From the NCBI GenBank assembly GCA_029953675.1, contig JAMWBK010000003.1, positions 1,364,001 through 1,428,000 on the forward strand: a DNA stretch of 64,000 nt, written 5' to 3'. Position 1 is the first letter of the stretch. Every line of letters begins with the position of its first letter. Position numbers and translations under genes: made by a program. Source of the stretch: Rhodosorus marinus CCMP1338. Its lineage: Eukaryota; Plantae; Rhodophyta. Shown one piece after another: positions 21,668 to 34,803 of this stretch. The notes under the pieces were generated by a model. It did no database searches and was not told where the DNA came from. It saw only the letters and a list, made by a program, of their open reading frames with translations.

Positions 21668-23607
21668 ATGGAAGAATTGACGGACGAGCTTCGTGCAAGC
21701 TTCGATAAGGTGCTGAGCACCTTGAATACACAGGCGAGGGAGAAAACGGTATGTGCCCACCTTTGACGGAAGTGCATCGGTCCACTTCCCTGTTGCGCCC
21801 TGCATCATGTCAGAGACCACAATTCGCTATCGCTTCTGCTAGTCCTGGATAGAGACAGAATGTGAATAGCTGGGATTGTTCAATGACTAGAATAATCTGG
21901 CCGAATATTGACCGTGAACGCTTCTTTTGCCTCTTCTGTTGTGCATCGGTAAGGAGTCGTTGGTTCGCTCTCTGAAGGCGTCCCTTGATGCGTTGACCGA
22001 CTCCGCGAAAGCTAGAGAAAAAATTGACCAGATGTCCTCGGAGGTAACCGCCGACAACCCATATTCCAGATTAATGGCTCTCAAGCGAATGGGAATTGTC
22101 GAAGACTATGAGAAGATTAGGGAGTGCTCGATCGCTGTAGTCGGTATTGGCGGTGTTGGCTCCGTCGCGGCGGAAATGCTGACTCGCTGCGGAATTGGGA
22201 AGCTGATCCTTTTTGATTATGATAAGGTAACCAATTCCGCCATCCATACAACACGTCGTGCGCGCTTACTAGGGATTTGCTGTTGAATAGCAGGGTACTG
22301 CTGCTTTGCTGCCCGTGGTTGGCATAACCGTATGCGGAGCTTTCTAACACAAGCTATTCGCTTTAGGTTGAGCTCGCGAATATGAATCGGCTCTTCTTCA
22401 GACCAGAGCAGAGCGGTCTTAGCAAAGTTGAAGCGGCGAAGGAAACGTTAGTTGAAATCAACCCGGATGTTCAATTTGAGACGTACAACTACGACATCAC
22501 AAGCATGGAGTCGTTCAGCCATTTCTGTGGTAGACTTAAGGAAGGCGCACTGGGTAGGGCCTTTTTTGGAACCATTTTTGGCACACTGGGAACATTTTGG
22601 TTGCTATCTTCCACGCGCCACTGAATTTCATTGGAACCCTTCGGCAGACGGCGGGCAACTTGACTTGGTGCTGAGCTGTGTGGACAACTACGGAGCAAGG
22701 ATGGCTATAAACAGTGCTTGCAACGAGATTGGACAGACGTGGATGGAGTCCGGGGTTTCGGAGAATGCTGTCTCCGGTCATATCCAGCTCATGGTCCCCG
22801 GGAAACTCGCGTGCTTTTCATGCGCTCCACCGCTGGTCGTTGCATCTGAAATTGACGAGCGGACCCTGAAGCGAGAGGGAGTTTGCGCGGCTTCCCTGCC
22901 CACGACAATGGGTATCGTAGCCGGGCTCCTAGTACAAAATGTACTGAAGCATCTCTTAAATTTCGGTCAGGTATGATTCCTTTTCCTTGCTGAAGTACTG
23001 AATTGTACTGCCAAGTCCGGGACTTCGCTTGTTTTTGTACAGCTGTGGATTCGTGAACTTGAAAATGCTTCCTAAACTACAGGAAATAACCTCTTGAGTG
23101 TAGGTTAGCGAATGTCTTGGATACAATGCTATGAAGGACTTCTTTTCCTTGATGGTTTTGCAACCAAACCCCTCTTGCTCGGACTCGTGGTGCCTAAAGC
23201 AACAGGAACTATTCGCGCAGAAAGTCAAAGCAGAAGAGAAGAACCGAGCGGAGATAGGGTCTGGTGAGGTTGAGGAAGATCTTCCATTACACGCGGAAAA
23301 TGAATGGAACATTGTTGTCGAAGATGATCCAGTTGAATCGGCAGGGCAAAAGTCAGAGCTGAATGAGGCGAAGCACAAGGTTAGTGTCACAATGTTAATA
23401 TATTGTATCGGTGCTGACAAGGCTAACCCATATCTGCAACTTGTTTCTCGATTGCGGCCTTCGACTACCCGGTGGTGAGTACAGCCTGCGGAAGGCTTGA
23501 AATTTGAGTTCGAGCCTGCGAAGAGCTCGGTGAATAACGATGAGCTAGTTGCGGGCTCTGAGAAGGATATTGGGGAGCTAATGTCACAGTTGGACCAGCT
23601 AAAATAG
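21668..23607 (+). CDS. UBA5: UFM1-activating enzyme UBA5, multi-exon (first exon tentative)
   Basis: [84 protein letters not shown] and a terminal LMSQLDQLK. Confidence 0.96.
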
Positions 23608-24483
23608 TGGAGAGCAGCCCCCTCCGTCTTCGTTTCAAAGGAAAACCCCCACACACGCTACGATCCAAAAGACAGGCAACCGGTTTGTCTACTGAAGCGT
23701 TTTTGAAGTAACCCCGGCCAGAGTCTAGAGTCAAATTTGAGTCTGCCAAGCAGCACAATGTGGATATAGGAACAAGGCTATGTAATACGGTTAACCGTTC
23801 CCATGGGGATCCGAAATCCGGAATAGCATTGTTGGAAACACCGCAAATCGCAGTGCATTAAATCTTGCGAGGCTTGAACCACTCATGAGCGTTTGAGAAT
23901 CAGGTAAATAGTTGCAATGAATATTAGAGGAAAGTTTGACTGATCAACTCCTCCGCTGCAAATCTTGAGATCCTGTTTATCGTCCATAAGCAAATCAGCG
24001 AAATCCCTTTGGTAGGCACACAAAAGTAAGCGGATATCAAACTACTTTTTGTGCACCTGGTCGGGTCAACGAAGGAGTTGACGGAATCTGCGCTGTCGTA
24101 AGGTTTCAGCTGGCGACTAAAGCTTATTCCCCTTCCTTTTTTGTATCCAACTGCCTTTGCCCATATGCAAACACTCCTAGCAAACACCTTCCTCCCCACA
24201 CACTGCTCATCCACGCTCCCCTCCAAACTGCCAAGAACCAAACCATTTCTGCTCTCAGCGTTGATCCGTCGACTGAGTTACGACGTTGTCGGCGACCGTT
24301 GTCACGATTGGCGGGGCCTTAGCTGCAGATTAATAAAGCAATATTCCTCCATTGCCTTTTTGCCGGAATGAGATGAGGACTAGGTGCATGGATCTGAAGC
24401 AGAAAGTATAGGGCGATACAAGATCGACTGCGTAGGGATGAGGACGTCTGTGTTGGCGAATTGAAATTGTGTTCTTGGCAATA

Positions 24484-27400
24484 ATGGATTCCAGGCAGGA
24501 GGCTCTGAGCAGGTTGCTGCGTGCTCGAGCGAGGGTGGGCACGGATGATCTGGATACAGCGCTCGGCCAGGACGTGCACATGCTGAGGACGGATCTGCTT
24601 GGTGTAGTGCAAAGATGTGAATCAGCAAGCATGTACGATAAACTCGAGAAAATGGCTCGACTGTCGCAAGTTGATAATTTGGAGCAGTCAGAGCATAGCT
24701 TTCAAGCCATGGTCAAGTTCATGGATAGCATGACTTCAGAGGAACTAATCAAGGTATTTCTTAGTTCCCAAAGCCAGTCTTTCAGCGACGAATAGTGAGA
24801 TCTATGAGTTTCGAATTTTAAGTGTTCCATGAGCGCTCAGCTTCAATTAGCGTCTTACTTCGTCCCCCTCTCTCTTATCGGTTGTTCTGGCTTGCCTGAG
24901 CAGATGGCATCTCTTTATTCGCATATGATGAATCTCGCTAACATGGTTGAGCACGTTCATCGAGTTCTGGGAAGCCGGCAGGACTTGCGTGGTAAAGACG
25001 GCTTCGAGTTTTCGGTTGAGAAAGCTTTTTCTGAGCTGGTCAAACAAGGCCAGAGTCCAAGCAGGATCCGAGCCGCCCTGTGCAAGCAGAAGGTAAAACA
25101 TCACTTCTTGAAGTCCTTATCCGTTCCTTTGCAGTTGCACAGGAATCTGGTTATTCGTTGTCTGACCGATGTGATCAACCTGCTTGGTGGTCTTCATTTC
25201 CAGGTCGAAATGGTGCTCACAGCGCACCCAACCCAGGCCCTACGGAGAAGCTTGTTATCCAAACTTCAGAATGTGGGCCATGATCTTCTTAGACTGCGTT
25301 CCAGTGAGCTCGTACCCCAGGAAAGGAGCCATACTCGAAACCGAATTAAGGAGAATATTCACGCTATGTGGTGAGAAGCCTTGCTTGCAGGGGCTCCGCA
25401 CTCAGGGCAGTCGACGCTTAGCTTTCTTTCTTTCCATCCTAACCATTGACGATGCAGGAGGACAGATGAAGTCCGTAGGACAAAGCCAAGGCCAGAAGAT
25501 GAAGCTCGTTCCACACTCCAGGTACGACGCGAGCAAAAAGCCTTTATGGAAATCTTGAAAAGACCTCGTGAGCGATCGCTCACTACATCGTTTTGATGGA
25601 ATTCCGGCCTTGACAGGTCCTGGAGCGGACCGTGTGGAACGCTGTGAGTATCGTTTGCACATCCAACCAAACGCCTAAGGAAGACTCTGAGCGCCTTACA
25701 CCTACTAAAAGTTGTTCTTTATGCACTCTGTGGATCATGTCGCATTCAACCAGCTTCCGCAATATTTGAAATTCATCGACGGCATGCTCACAAGGCACAA
25801 GCTCAAGCCCCTTCCAATCGATTGTACACCCTTTATATTCGGCTCTTGGGCTGGCGGGGACCGTGACGGTATGAACAAAAGGCGAGAACGCGTCCGCTGG
25901 CATGCTAATTCCTAAGAATCCGCATTACTTCTTCACGGTGTCAGGAAACCCATTCGTGACGCCGGATGTGACAAAGCATGTCGTCTTCATCAACCGCTTT
26001 CGAGCTGCGACTCTTTATCTTGAGCTTATTGAATCGCTAATGTTCGATTTATCAATGCTAAGCGCGGATGAAGAGCTAATGGACTACAATGAAACCTTGT
26101 CAGAGTCAAGCGAAGTGGTTACGGTATGAAGTGGACCAAGCAGTTTGCTAGAATCGTTGTACCCATGTTTGTTTGCTCTATCCGAAGCTCGGCTGTACGC
26201 AGATGTAAGAAGCCCGGGGTATCGGGGTCTGATTTTCTTGCCCGTGTAAACAGGGGAGAGCAGTGTTCCGGGAGTTTTGGAATCATGTGCCGAAATCCGA
26301 GCCATATCGCATATGCCTCGCCTATGTCCGGGATCGCATGAGTGCTACAAGGGACTACTGCGAAGCACAACTGAACGATCGTCCTGTAGATCCGGTAAGC
26401 TGTTTGTAAAGAACGCTACGCCATGCCACGTTCGCTTTCTGAGATGGTTTAATGCCGTCTGTTGTGGCATCGTCTTCGTAGGATATTGAAAAGAAGATCT
26501 ACAAGTCGAAGGAGGACTTCCTCGAGCCAATGATGAAAATGTATAATTCCTTACACAAGCACGGGGATGGAATCGTTGCTCAGGGAGAGCTCTTGGACAC
26601 CATCCGGCGCATTCACGCGTTCGGCCTATCCCTGGTATACTGCTAGCTCTTGTGGAATCCCTTGAGCTTCCGGCATGGCTTGAAGGCTGAATCCATCCGC
26701 CTCTTCCTACCTTTTTTTCCTCCGAAAAATTCTCTAAGGTCCGACTGGATATCAGACAGGAGGCAGACAGGCACACGGAAGCTATGACCGAAATAACTGA
26801 GTACATAGGAGATGGACTGTACTCAGACTGGACAGAAGAGAAAAGAGTAGAGTATCTGAACTCCTTTCTTTCATCCAATCGCCCCCTAATTCCACGACAT
26901 ATGAGGTGCAGTGATCGGGTACGTTTCTTAATCGATGCACTTTTGCAAGACTGTTGTAGAAGTCCCTCAGCCCCTGCTGTTGCGCGCATCCATAAGTCTG
27001 TTGAGGCACTTATTGAACACTCGGCCCCCTTTCGCCAAATGTTTGGAAAAGGTTCAAGAAATCCTGGACACATTCAAGATGATTTGTGGGTTAGATCGCG
27101 ATTCGCTTGGGGCGTACATTATCTCAATGTGCATGAATCCATCGGACGTACTCCTTGTGGAGGTACTTCAACACGAAGCTGCGAGCTCCATGGATGTTGT
27201 GCCTCTCAGGGTTGTCCCGCTTTTGGAGACTATTCATGCATTGCAAACTGGGGCCAAAACTCTAGAAAATCTTTTCCAAAACGAAACGTAAGAAATCATT
27301 CAGTTTGTAGGAACCTTTAGGGGATACCTTACTAGTTCTTTGCGCATACCTTGTACGTTTTTTAGGTACCTGTCGCAGTTAAGAAGTCGTTTCAACAGTG

Positions 27401-28978
27401 TTCAGGAGGTTATGGTTGGCTACAGCGACTCCGGCAAGGACGGTGGGCGAGTGACGTCCGCATGGGAGTTGTACAAGTCGCAAGAGTCAATGGTGGCGGT
27501 AGCGCAGAAGTATTCTGTGGTTCTCCGTTTCTTCCATGGTAGAGGGGGTACTGTGGGGCGTGGCGGTATGAATCAGGCGTAATTCTTTCTGGGTCCGAGT
27601 CCATTCAGTATGTCTAAACTTCCCGGAATTGTGATTCTTTCCCCCAGGCGGACCACAACACCTCGCTATTTTGTCTCAGCCACCGAAGTCCATAAACGGC
27701 TACTTGCGGGTTACAATTCAAGGGGAGGTGCAGCAGCAGGACTTTGGATTGCCTGGCCTGTGCTACAACACGTTCGAGATGTACTCTTCTGCGGTGCTCA
27801 AGGCGGATATGCTCGTTAGTCCTGTAAGTGCTTAAGGCCAATCGTCCAGGCGGAGTCTAGCGCTCTGACTGGGCATGGCTCGAGTGGTGTCTGTTTAGTT
27901 ATTCATACGATTAGAATGGCTTGCATATTTGTTTAGCTCCCCTCTCTAACTAATGCCACGATTGCTTTATGCCATCGCAGGAAACGAAGCAATCTTGGAG
28001 GCAAACAATGGAAGACATGAGCCGATCTTCCTACACTAAATATAGAGAAATTGTATACGAAGAACCAAGGTATGCGAGGAAGCAGTTCAGTGCCTTCGAT
28101 TCCTCTGGGGACATGACTTTTCAGTTTTAGCTAGCGGAACTAACAGGCGAGTACTACTGTTCAGGTTTGTGGACTACTTCCGCCACGCGACACCAGAGAG
28201 AGAGTTGGGCCTGCTCAACATCGGCTCAAGACCACAAAAGAGGAAAGAAGGTGGTGTCGAAACGCTGCGGGCAATCCCATGGGTGTTCGCCTGGACACAG
28301 ACAAGACTCCATCTACCTGTGTGGTTGGGATTGGGAACTGCGGTACATGACGCACTCCAGAAAGGCAGGCAAGAAGAGCTTCGGTAGGCCGTCGGACAGG
28401 CTAGCATAAAACCCTGTCAAATAGCAACCCCTTGAGCCTGTCGCGAGGAGTCGTGCGGGGCGATTCTTCCAACAGTACTGACTCTATCACTTCTTGTGCT
28501 GCTTCTGACCATCAGCGATATGTACAGAAATTGGCCCTTCGCCCGTTCGTTCTTCAGTCTAATATCCATGGTCCTGGCGAAAGCGGACCCGAGGATTTCG
28601 GCGCTCTACGACGAAGGGCTTGTCCCAGAAGAACTGCAACCGTTCGGTCAGGACCTTCAGGACTTGCTCCTCGAGACCGTTGACAACGTACTAAAAGTGA
28701 CTGGAGAATCACGGCTACTTGAAAACGAGGAAACAATGGCACTTGCATTGGAGAATCGCAGGCCCTGGATGGCACCTCTGAATGTTGCACAGGTACGGCT
28801 GAATTGGCGTTAAAGCAAAGCTCTTGGCCTTAAGAGATATGAGCGTACGCCTAACAACACTGACCATGTCAAACAGGTTGCTGCTCTAGAGAGGTACAGA
28901 AAAGGAGACGAAGATGTCGTGGACGCCTTGATCATAAGCATGAAAGGAGTTGCAGCGGGAATGCAGAACACTGGATGA
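24484..28978 (+). CDS. PPC: Phosphoenolpyruvate carboxylase, intron-rich
   Basis: [61 protein letters not shown] and C-terminal [12 protein letters not shown]. Confidence 0.97.
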
Positions 28979-29654
28979 ATAGATGCAGATGACAAACGCA
29001 CAAAACTTTAACTACTATTCGGAAGAGAAGGACAGCCCTCCGCAGTCTTCCATGATTCTGTAGATTGCTGCTCGATGCTTTGAGAAGGCCTTCTCCGTGA
29101 AAGTAGAAACTTTACTTTTTCGCATACCAAGCTCGGCTTTGAACAACCCGCACACCAAAATTACAATTAAAGCAACTCTGGCAGAGCTCAAGGAACGAAT
29201 GCGTCTCAAACGAGAACCCTCGTGTGGCGAACAGCCAGCGAAGCGAAAAAGAAAAGGACACGGAGGATTGAATTCCGCTGTACTTTGATCGATCTCCGTT
29301 GATTGCTGATGAATGCAGGCAATCCCTACTAGGTTGAATCAATGCGTCTATTCCGATACTGGAAAAAAAAAGAACGACCGAGGGCAGAAAAGAAGACCGT
29401 TGGAGGCATTCCCTGGTAAGTTCGAGTTGACGCGTGTGCCCCTGCTTGCTCTCTCTTGTGGAGCAAACCCTAATCTGCTGGCAGGTTCGCAGATCGCTGC
29501 CATTGCAGGGATTGAGGGTACGAAGGACCTACGACGTGGACAGAGGGGAGCTGCCGGCTGAATTTGAAGGACTGTTTAACCCAAATTGTTGGTACTAGGA
29601 GGACCTGAACAGAAGAGCAGCTGATCCGGGGAACCGGAAATAGATCGCGGGAAT

Positions 29655-30954
29655 ATGGCGATCAAAGTGGCTTTCACATTTCCTGTGGCTGCCAGAAAGG
29701 CCAGGAGCCAAAACGTGAGTAGGAGTTCTCTCATTGGCCAAAACGACCAATGGAGCACATGGTCGATTCTGACTCTCGCGGCGACGTTGGGCATGGCATC
29801 TGAGAAAAGCCCTGTCGGAAAAGCATTGACAAGCCCGGTATGTGCCATGCTATGTACTGCCGTCATGGTCAATTCCGGTGTCCTACCAGCTAGAAACGTA
29901 GCTCTTGGCGACGTGCAAAAGTCTGTAGCGATGTTGACCAGTCCCCTCCTACTTCTCAACGCAAACCTGAGAAAGGTGCTGAAAGAGTCCGGAACAGGCA
30001 TGTTGACTTGCTTTGTGCTGTCGGCTATCTCCGTGTGCTTAGGAGGCGCAGGCGCGTTTCTTGTGGTATCTGCTCTAAAATATGAGTTGAACTGGAAGCT
30101 TTGTGCAGCGCTCATCGCCAAGAATGTCGGCGGTGGCCTCAACTACATTGCAGTCTGCGCTACACTGGGTCTCCCAGGTGACGTCATCGCGTCCGGACTA
30201 ACGATCGATAACGTAGTCGGACTGATTTACTTTCCCGGAATCTCATACCTATCAAAAGTCTGGGTCGGCCGGGAGAAGCAGATGCTGCAGGGGTCCACAC
30301 AACGCGCAGAATCCAGACTCAATGAGGGAGAAACACGGTTTATGGCTTCAGAGCTAGCAACAGCTCTCGCTTTCGCTTCAGTTATTGTAGCTACGTCGAA
30401 ATTGATAGCACTTCGCACACGTAGTACGGCTTCGATGCCAATAGCTACCGCCATAGCTGTCGGTATAGCATCGTTGTGCCCGGCCCTTATCGAACCCTTC
30501 CGAATCGCTGGAGAGGAGCTCGGCAAAGTTCTCCTCTATATTTACTTCGCATCAGCCGGGGCGGGCGGAGGAACCGTCGCCAGTGCCGCGAACTTGCTCC
30601 CTCTGCTCGGGTTCTGCTTGATAATGTATTCAATACACGTCCTAGTCTTGTTGGCGTGTATCCGCTTCTTCAAGCTCGAACCGAAAGAGGCTTTCCTCGC
30701 GTCGAATGCCAGCATTGGAGGCCCAGCAACTGCTTCTGCCATGGCTGTGGCTAAAGGTAAACCGAACCCATCAACCAAGCGAAAACATATCAACTTCAGT
30801 CGAATATTCACTTTGGCTTCATACGGAATTCCTCTTCCACGCTGAAGGCTGGACGAAGCACGTCGTTCCCGCCGTTCTAGTGGGGAACCTTGGCAACGCG
30901 ATCGCGACATTTTTGGCCCTATCAATAGGGCAGAACGTCCTGAGCCGGCTATAA
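29655..30954 (+). CDS. DUF819-family multi-pass membrane protein, probably plastid-targeted
   Basis: Many hydrophobic helices; AKNVGGGLNYIAV and ASNASIGGPATA motifs; last exon GWTKHVVPAVLVGNLGNAIATF after an intron at ~30757-30847. Confidence 0.85.
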
Positions 30955-32175
30955 GTAAAACCGCAGAGGTAGACACAAAAGATAGCTTTTTTCGATTGTA
31001 CAAGACATAGAACCATGTACAACCATGCACTGCAGAATACATATCTCGTTAGCCCAGCCAGGTAGCACACAGGGCTGTGACTTAAGACTACAAGACCAAT
31101 TCCAGGTCTTGCTGTTCTTCAATCGCCTTGAGGCCTTGCTCGATACGCATAGCCTCTCCGTTCCTATTAAATACTCGCTCAAGATCCTCAACCATGGAAT
31201 TCAATTGCTCCCTCCTCCGCTCCGGAATAGGGTGCTGAGAATTTGCGCACGATGGTGGGGGGAAGGGGGGGTCGTAAGGCAGAAAGCCTGTTTAGCGGCT
31301 GGTTTGCAGTTGGAAAGTCCCGCAAAAGCGATAGCAAAGGTTTGACAAGAGCACATTCACGAAACGTACGCTCCGGGCAAGGCCCCCTTCATGCACTTAC
31401 CGAATCTAAGAATGGAATCTTCTTCGCTAGCCGCGTAGGCAACTCCTCCCGATCCAGCCTAGAAAGAAAAGAGGAATGTCAAAGGTCAGACCAGAGTGCC
31501 TTGACTATCAAGCTCAACCAAGAAGCGGTCAGCGAGTATTGTCAATAGCCAGCATGTGCTTGAGAACCAAACGTGGCTCTTTCCCATCACGGCGCTTGCA
31601 CGGCGACCCCGTTCGATAACAATGAGTAAAATTTATCGAAGCGTATTGGGGGAAACGGCTAGCCTTTGATTCACGAGGAATTAGAACTTACCGGTCGATG
31701 AGGTGGTGGTGCTGTTCAAGGTCAAAACCAGCCCTGCCAAGTAGCAAAATGCAAAAACGATAAGAACAAACAGTACCAATCGGGCAATCTAGAGCTCACT
31801 ACGGTCTAGTTCTCTAGCTTGGGTGTGACAGCAGTACGTTTCCCATGTAACCACGGCACCAACTATTGAAGGCTTGTAAAACCTTACCTTGCGCTAAGCA
31901 GAAATCCAATCCGATCGGCTTCCAATTCAGCAACTTGCCTCCAAGGGTTAAGCATTGACGCGAAAAAGTTCTCCAGCACTTCAAAACGATTTAGGAACAT
32001 CAGTTTCACTCCTGCATCTGATTCAAATTACAACGGACGATCCAGACGATCCACGATAAGCGTTGGAGCAGGTGGGCACGTAGATAGGCTCGCGGGAAGG
32101 AACCTACCCAAGCTATCTTGCAGACTTCTAAGTGCTAACCCGGCCGAGAATGGTTTTCGCTCCGGAACTCCTATT

Positions 32176-33140
32176 TCAGTTAATTTCGAGGGCGTTGTCT
32201 GTCACCATGGCGTTTGCGCGCATATCGGCAGTCCCTGCCATAAGCTTCAGAGCAAAAACAGGAGGAACCAAAGAAACTTCGTGCGCACCTCGCTCTCGCT
32301 CAACGCGGTTGAGTAGAAACCCAGAGATGACGAGCATTGGCGCCAAAGGCAAGAAAGCGCTGAACGGCGTTGCAATTCCGTACAGAAGCGCATGAAATTC
32401 TGGCAAGTGGCTGCAAACGAATGAACCGGGAACGCGCAAACAGAGGAATGTTAGAATACAAGATACCTTCCCGGTCCACCCCTCTCTTTTTATCGCTGGT
32501 CGAGAAATACTCACTCCGCGATATGGTGTGCTGCTTCGTGGCTGATGATTGCTGGCAACAATCTTGGCGACTCAGCGGTTCCGTCAACGAGGATCAGATC
32601 AGTGCCATCCGTATCCAACACGGATAGTGCTATTTGGGTATCCGGCACCTCATCTACAATAAGCACCCTGATAGGGCGTTTCGGTCGGATTCCAAGGTCC
32701 TCCGCAGCGAGCAAAATCCTCGCGAGCGTCTTCTCAGCAAGGTTCTGCAGCTCTCCCAGACCAAGGATGGCCTCAGGAGCTTCCCAGTCGCGGCCGCCCA
32801 CGAGTTCTACTCCGGAAAGAATCTTACGGCGCCTCCCGGTGATTTGAACTTGATCGAAAGCTGTCAAGAGGCCGTGTCGAATTCTCAAGTGCGCATAGAG
32901 GCCGTAAAGCATGCCGAAGCATACGTGAAACCTGAAGATTATCCAAAGGGCCTCCGCCCACGCCGGGCGTTCCGCTTTGTTCGGATCGAATTGTGGTCCA
33001 AACGGAGATCTCCTCGGAGGTCCTCCTCGGGGCGGTTCCCCGGACCCACCACGAGGGCCGTAGCTAGGTGGTGATGACACACAAGCCTTTACCCGTCCTC
33101 TCCCCAAGCCCCCGCTAGCGCATCCAAAACAGAATGCCAT
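32176..33140 (-). CDS. Putative plastid-targeted zincin (M48/Oma1-like) membrane peptidase; 3' end uncertain
   Basis: MAF-type transit-like start, a TM helix, IISHEAAH (HExxH), intron donor gtgag, then a hydrophobic segment and LLNRVERE. Confidence 0.55.
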
Positions 33141-33637
33141 GATTTCAAAACGGAAGAAGGCTTTCTGCGGGAACCCACAACTTCAATTCTTTCCGATGTT
33201 CAATGCGACGCGTCTCAGCATCCAAATGTGCAAAGCCTCCGATTACCGTGGATGGACGCATTGCATTGACATCTTCATGGCGTTTCCGCTTCCCCCCAGG
33301 CTCGCAATGGTGTTTTTCTTTCCCGGTTCTCAGGTATCGAACTGCTAATGATAAGAGCACATTGAGCACCTCAGAGGGCTGCGAGAATCCGCTACGATAT
33401 GGAGACAAACGCTGTTCCCAATAGGGATGATCCCGACGCCGAGTGCAAGTCTAATAGTTCTTGGAGCTATTGGGTTCGACCATTATGCACTAGCTGTGCC
33501 AAGCGAAGTGCAGAGTTCTTCCGCAAGTTATATTAGAGCTTGGGGCAATTCATCTTTAGCAGCGGGCAAACGTTCGTTTTCCTCTAAAGCTCCGAATAAC
33601 GCTGCGCCGAGATCAACGTGGAAACAAACGAAAATAT

Positions 33638-34803
33638 TTACTGGACAAAAAATCGGTTCTCTTGACATTCATCACCAAGTTGGTGCATGACAGAAAAACA
33701 AATCAGCCGTTTACGTACAACAGGGCTTAAGAGCTTGTGCGAACTCCACAATTCAAGATTTGATATTACGAAAGAATGGATGCGCAGACAGTCACGAGAG
33801 AAGAGAAAGGCGGGGCCAAAGCATCCAGCCCTTGTTCCGACAGAACATGAGACTTCCACACAATCACTTTTTGGTCTCCTGACGGCCCTGCGCTGTTTTG
33901 TCAAGTTACGGTGGATGGTCACTAAATTCACAAGGATTAGCGCCAGCATGTTAGTTCGATCACTGGCCCGTCGCCAAGCAGCGAATGGGCGCGGGAGACC
34001 CATCAAGGCAGTTTGCTTGAAAACGTGCCCATATAACTGCGCGATCGAAGCCGACTCGTGAGCCGTTCTCTCGCAGGACAAACCTCCTTCCCAGCCTCAG
34101 CCAAGCTGGAATCCAAATAATATTCTAGTTTCGATGACATGTCCTTGTAGCTTGGAAACTCAACCTTTCGTCGCAATTCCCTCGTAATGAAATCTTTAGA
34201 GAGAGACGTGTCAACCTCCAAAGTCCCATACACGGTGCTGGGGGGAAGAACTTCCTCCGCGGGTGGCTCCTGGGAGGCTTTCTTTTCATCCTCAACAGTG
34301 AAGTCGCTTAGTACGCTTGCAGGAATTTCTTCCGGCTTGCTCTCCTTTCTGAGCTTAGCCGGGGCACCCGCAGTATCGGTAAATGACAGATGTTTTGAGG
34401 AACGCTTTCCCGGAGAACTACGCTTTCGTTTCAAAGAGTCTGCGGGACTCTCAGGAAACGATTCTATTACAGTTTCCTTCTCAGCGCCTACTTTCTTTGG
34501 CGTTGCGAAAACCTCGTTGATTGCGTCGTCGTAGACGAACGTAGCTTGATCAGCAGACGGTAGAGTCTCCAGCTTGGCATCAGCAAAATGGTTCGCTTCT
34601 GCTCCTCCTGTGCTAGCATTTACGGCCTCATCTACCATCGCTATCACGCTATCACTTCCGATGTCATTCACAAAGTTGTCCACGTCTACATCGAGCATGC
34701 CATCAGCGCCCATGGCATCCGAACCGAACATCATGTCAAGGGTCTCCATTGGCTCGAACGCAGAGTGGTCATACATTACACCCATATCTAAGTCGTCAGC
34801 CAT
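33638..34803 (-). CDS. Hypothetical protein with acidic N-terminus and basic NLS-like stretch; 3' exons uncertain
   Basis: Long open exon from the ATG at 34803 (MADDLDMG...), KRKRSSPGKR, a probable donor after AGKE and a downstream open frame to 33638. Confidence 0.6.
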
